A DNA stretch of 54,959 nucleotides, from the IMG/VR virus record IMGVR_UViG_3300032232_001103, positions 1-54,959 of that record. One strand, written 5' to 3'. The translations under genes were made by a program, and so were the position numbers. The DNA comes from a virus (Duplodnaviria > Caudoviricetes). This document shows, in pieces, positions 53,044 through 54,959 of the stretch (positions are counted from its first letter, which is position 1; each line of letters opens with the position of its first letter). Below the pieces are notes generated by a model. The model saw only the letters and a list, made by a program, of their open reading frames with translations. It had not been told where the DNA came from and made no database searches.

Positions 53044-53216
53044 AGCAAATCCTCTGGTAGTTGGTTGGTAAAGTGTTGTGCTGCTTGTGGAAATGTTTGA
53101 TTGGTGGCAAGCATTTGTCTGCTGATATTTAGCAACCACCAACGTGTGTCCGGCATTGTGTGCGGTAGCTTAGTGGCCGTTACGCGCACTTGCTCTGCTT
53201 CTTGAAATGTGGTCAT
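53034..53216 (-). CDS. Hypothetical protein
   Basis: 60 aa, AGGAG RBS, overlaps its neighbours in the operon. Confidence 0.55.
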   Translation of the reverse strand: MTTFQEAEQVRVTATKLPHTMPDTRWWLLNISRQMLATNQTFPQAAQHFTNQLPEDLLWH

Positions 53217-53401
53217 TTAAAGTGCTCCTGGATTGCTAGCGCTGCTCCATAGCAACTGGTTTGAGTTTTATCTCCGCGAAGGCAAACTTGCACACAACGG
53301 TTAACGATTAGCTGGCTATAACGATTTAGCCTGTCTTCCGTAATACCGTGATGCAAGTCTGCTTGCACCTGCAGTTCTCTAAATACGTTCTGTGGGTCCA
53401 T
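53213..53401 (-). CDS. Hypothetical protein
   Basis: MDPQNVFRE...LIV..C...C....I.EHF; GAGGA RBS at ATG 53401. Confidence 0.6.
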   Translation of the reverse strand: MDPQNVFRELQVQADLHHGITEDRLNRYSQLIVNRCVQVCLRGDKTQTSCYGAALAIQEHFK

Positions 53402-53597
53402 AATCCTCGTCCGTTCCAAATCCAGCGGTTTTAAAACTGTAGCCGTCATCGCTGTCGCAATCTGGCTCCTCATGCATATCTATAACTTGTTGCAGGATAT
53501 TGCTGATCAATTGATTTAAGGTAATGTCTTGCTCGTGTGCCAGTTGCATTAGCCTGAACATTTCGTCTTCGCTTAGGTCTAGTTCAATAGTTTCCAT
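53379..53597 (-). CDS. Putative ribbon-helix-helix DNA-binding protein
   Basis: IELDLSEDEMFRLMQLAHEQDITLNQLI pattern; acidic tail. Confidence 0.55.
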   Translation of the reverse strand: METIELDLSEDEMFRLMQLAHEQDITLNQLISNILQQVIDMHEEPDCDSDDGYSFKTAGFGTDEDYGPTERI

Positions 53598-53785
53598 TAG
53601 TAATAGTCTCCGCTACAGTGAGTAATTATATAATTGTATACTGGTGTGGGGTCTAAGATCCATTGACCCTCAGGCGTTAAACCACCAAAAGCTTTGTTTG
53701 GACTATGCCACCAAGCTTTGGCAAAGTCTGGGCCTAAAAGGTTTTCAAGCATTAAATCACAGCGTTGTTTTATGATTTCATTCAC
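53597..53785 (-). CDS. Stand-alone Xre/MbcA/ParS antitoxin C-terminal-like domain
   Basis: A.AWW.SPN.AFGG.TP motif. Confidence 0.55.
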   Translation of the reverse strand: MNEIIKQRCDLMLENLLGPDFAKAWWHSPNKAFGGLTPEGQWILDPTPVYNYIITHCSGDYY

Positions 53786-54146
53786 TATAAGTATCCCAAG
53801 TAATCTTAGGGTTGGTACGTTCGTATAGTTCTACCAGTTGGTCTAGTGTCCACGGCGCATCAGTTTCAAAGGTATCCAGCCAACGACTAAACCTGGCCCA
53901 GTCTAGGCTAAGCATGGGCGGCACACCAATTTCTTCTCCGTAGGGGTCACCAGTGCCGCGCACATCAATTCTACCACAACTATAGTTGTCAGTAATTAAT
54001 TCCATTTTGTAGTGTTCACCAGCTTTGCGTCCAGTATAAGGGCTATCCTGTTCTTGTACATGATGTTCCAGTGTGGTCAAATCACGTTGACGATACCAGT
54101 CTAGGCTTGTGGGACCCATCCAGTTAGTGCTGTATCTGAGCTTCAT
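53778..54146 (-). CDS. Hypothetical protein
   Basis: MKLRYSTNWMGP...YSCGRIDV; ATGA overlap with the upstream stop. Confidence 0.65.
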   Translation of the reverse strand: MKLRYSTNWMGPTSLDWYRQRDLTTLEHHVQEQDSPYTGRKAGEHYKMELITDNYSCGRIDVRGTGDPYGEEIGVPPMLSLDWARFSRWLDTFETDAPWTLDQLVELYERTNPKITWDTYSE

Positions 54147-54478
54147 GCTGTGATCCACTTAATGTCCTCTTTAAGCACAATAGTTTCAATGCCGTCATAC
54201 TCACGAATAATAAACTCCTGACCCTCAGGCATCCAAGTCAGCCTCAATCCATCAAATCCGCGAAAGCTAACGTCTGGGTGTGCCTCTTTAAGATAAAGAT
54301 AGGCAGCATCCTCAACTTCTAGCTGCAATTGAGTACCTGGTGTAGTATCCTGCCACCACAAGTACAGTTTAATCAACTCACCATCAAACATAGTTTCAGG
54401 ATACCAGGTAGCCCAAGCCGTGCCCCAATCATCGCTGTGGATTAGTGCTACTTGACCGTTAAATACATATTTTGCCAT
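54143..54478 (-). CDS. Hypothetical phage protein
   Basis: VALI.S...G..W.TW ... W.PEG..F.I.EYDG.E motif family. Confidence 0.7.
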   Translation of the reverse strand: MAKYVFNGQVALIHSDDWGTAWATWYPETMFDGELIKLYLWWQDTTPGTQLQLEVEDAAYLYLKEAHPDVSFRGFDGLRLTWMPEGQEFIIREYDGIETIVLKEDIKWITA

Positions 54479-54750
54479 TAGTTTAGGTTCCGCTTAGGTT
54501 GATTGGGGTCATTTAAACCAATAATCTTTTGCTTAGTAGACTCGCTTAGTGTGTCAAAGTCCTCGTCAGTTAACTCACGGCCTTCTGTAAGAAACTTGCC
54601 AGCAGCAAACATTTCTTTGATATGTTCAACTAGGGCATCCAAGTCTTCTTGCGAACCCTCAAAGTCATCAAAACAACCGGGAGCAAATTCTAACTGCATT
54701 TCCTCTGGGTTAAAGTCTTCAGGTTCAGTAATATCATCAAACTTATTCAT
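54478..54750 (-). CDS. Acidic hypothetical protein
   Basis: FAPGCFDDFEGSQEDLD; AAGGA RBS. Confidence 0.65.
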   Translation of the reverse strand: MNKFDDITEPEDFNPEEMQLEFAPGCFDDFEGSQEDLDALVEHIKEMFAAGKFLTEGRELTDEDFDTLSESTKQKIIGLNDPNQPKRNLN

Positions 54751-54935
54751 TGCTCTATATCCTTTAGTAGTTCTAGTACTTGATCGCCTTCTTGTTTGCC
54801 AATCTCATAAGCAGCTTTAAGCCAGTTTACAACTATCTCATACCGCTCGTAATCACTGCCCAAGTCAGCAAACAGTCTGTCAGCACGAAGGCCAAAGCCC
54901 TCCTGCTCCCACAACCAATCATTAAACCTTTTCAT
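54747..54935 (-). CDS. Hypothetical protein
   Basis: F.DWL.E.EGFGLR.DR...WL.AAYE.G; GAGG RBS. Confidence 0.65.
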   Translation of the reverse strand: MKRFNDWLWEQEGFGLRADRLFADLGSDYERYEIVVNWLKAAYEIGKQEGDQVLELLKDIEQ

Positions 54936-54959
54936 TGTCTTCCTCTACAACTTCCCACA

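Overview
This window is a segment of a lytic T5-like siphovirus (Demerecviridae-like gene order and protein motifs; all homology calls are from recalled family motifs, not database searches). Positions 1-44 kb are a minus-strand late region. It holds tail fibre and adhesin genes, including a 2334-aa repeat protein, plus the tape measure, frameshifted tail chaperones, major tail, head-tail genes, a fused prohead protease/major capsid gene, portal, nicking endonuclease, Dps, both terminase subunits, and a PlcP-like phosphoesterase next to an Agt-like glycosyltransferase. Positions ~44.4-50.5 kb form a plus-strand, T5 pre-early-like region (dmp, three A2-like paralogs, two SprT-like zincins, a DEDDh exonuclease). 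It is punctuated by a repeated palindromic module that contains antisense sigma70 promoters and ends in a GCACC-N5-GGTGC array. At 50.56-51.13 kb there is a ~570-nt highly base-paired unit with no credible ORF, bounded by a promoter and a terminator, which is a candidate large ncRNA. After it come 17-bp direct repeats, D3-like and frameshifted D2-like genes, and small minus-strand early genes. No tRNA, rRNA, CRISPR array, integrase or transposase was seen.
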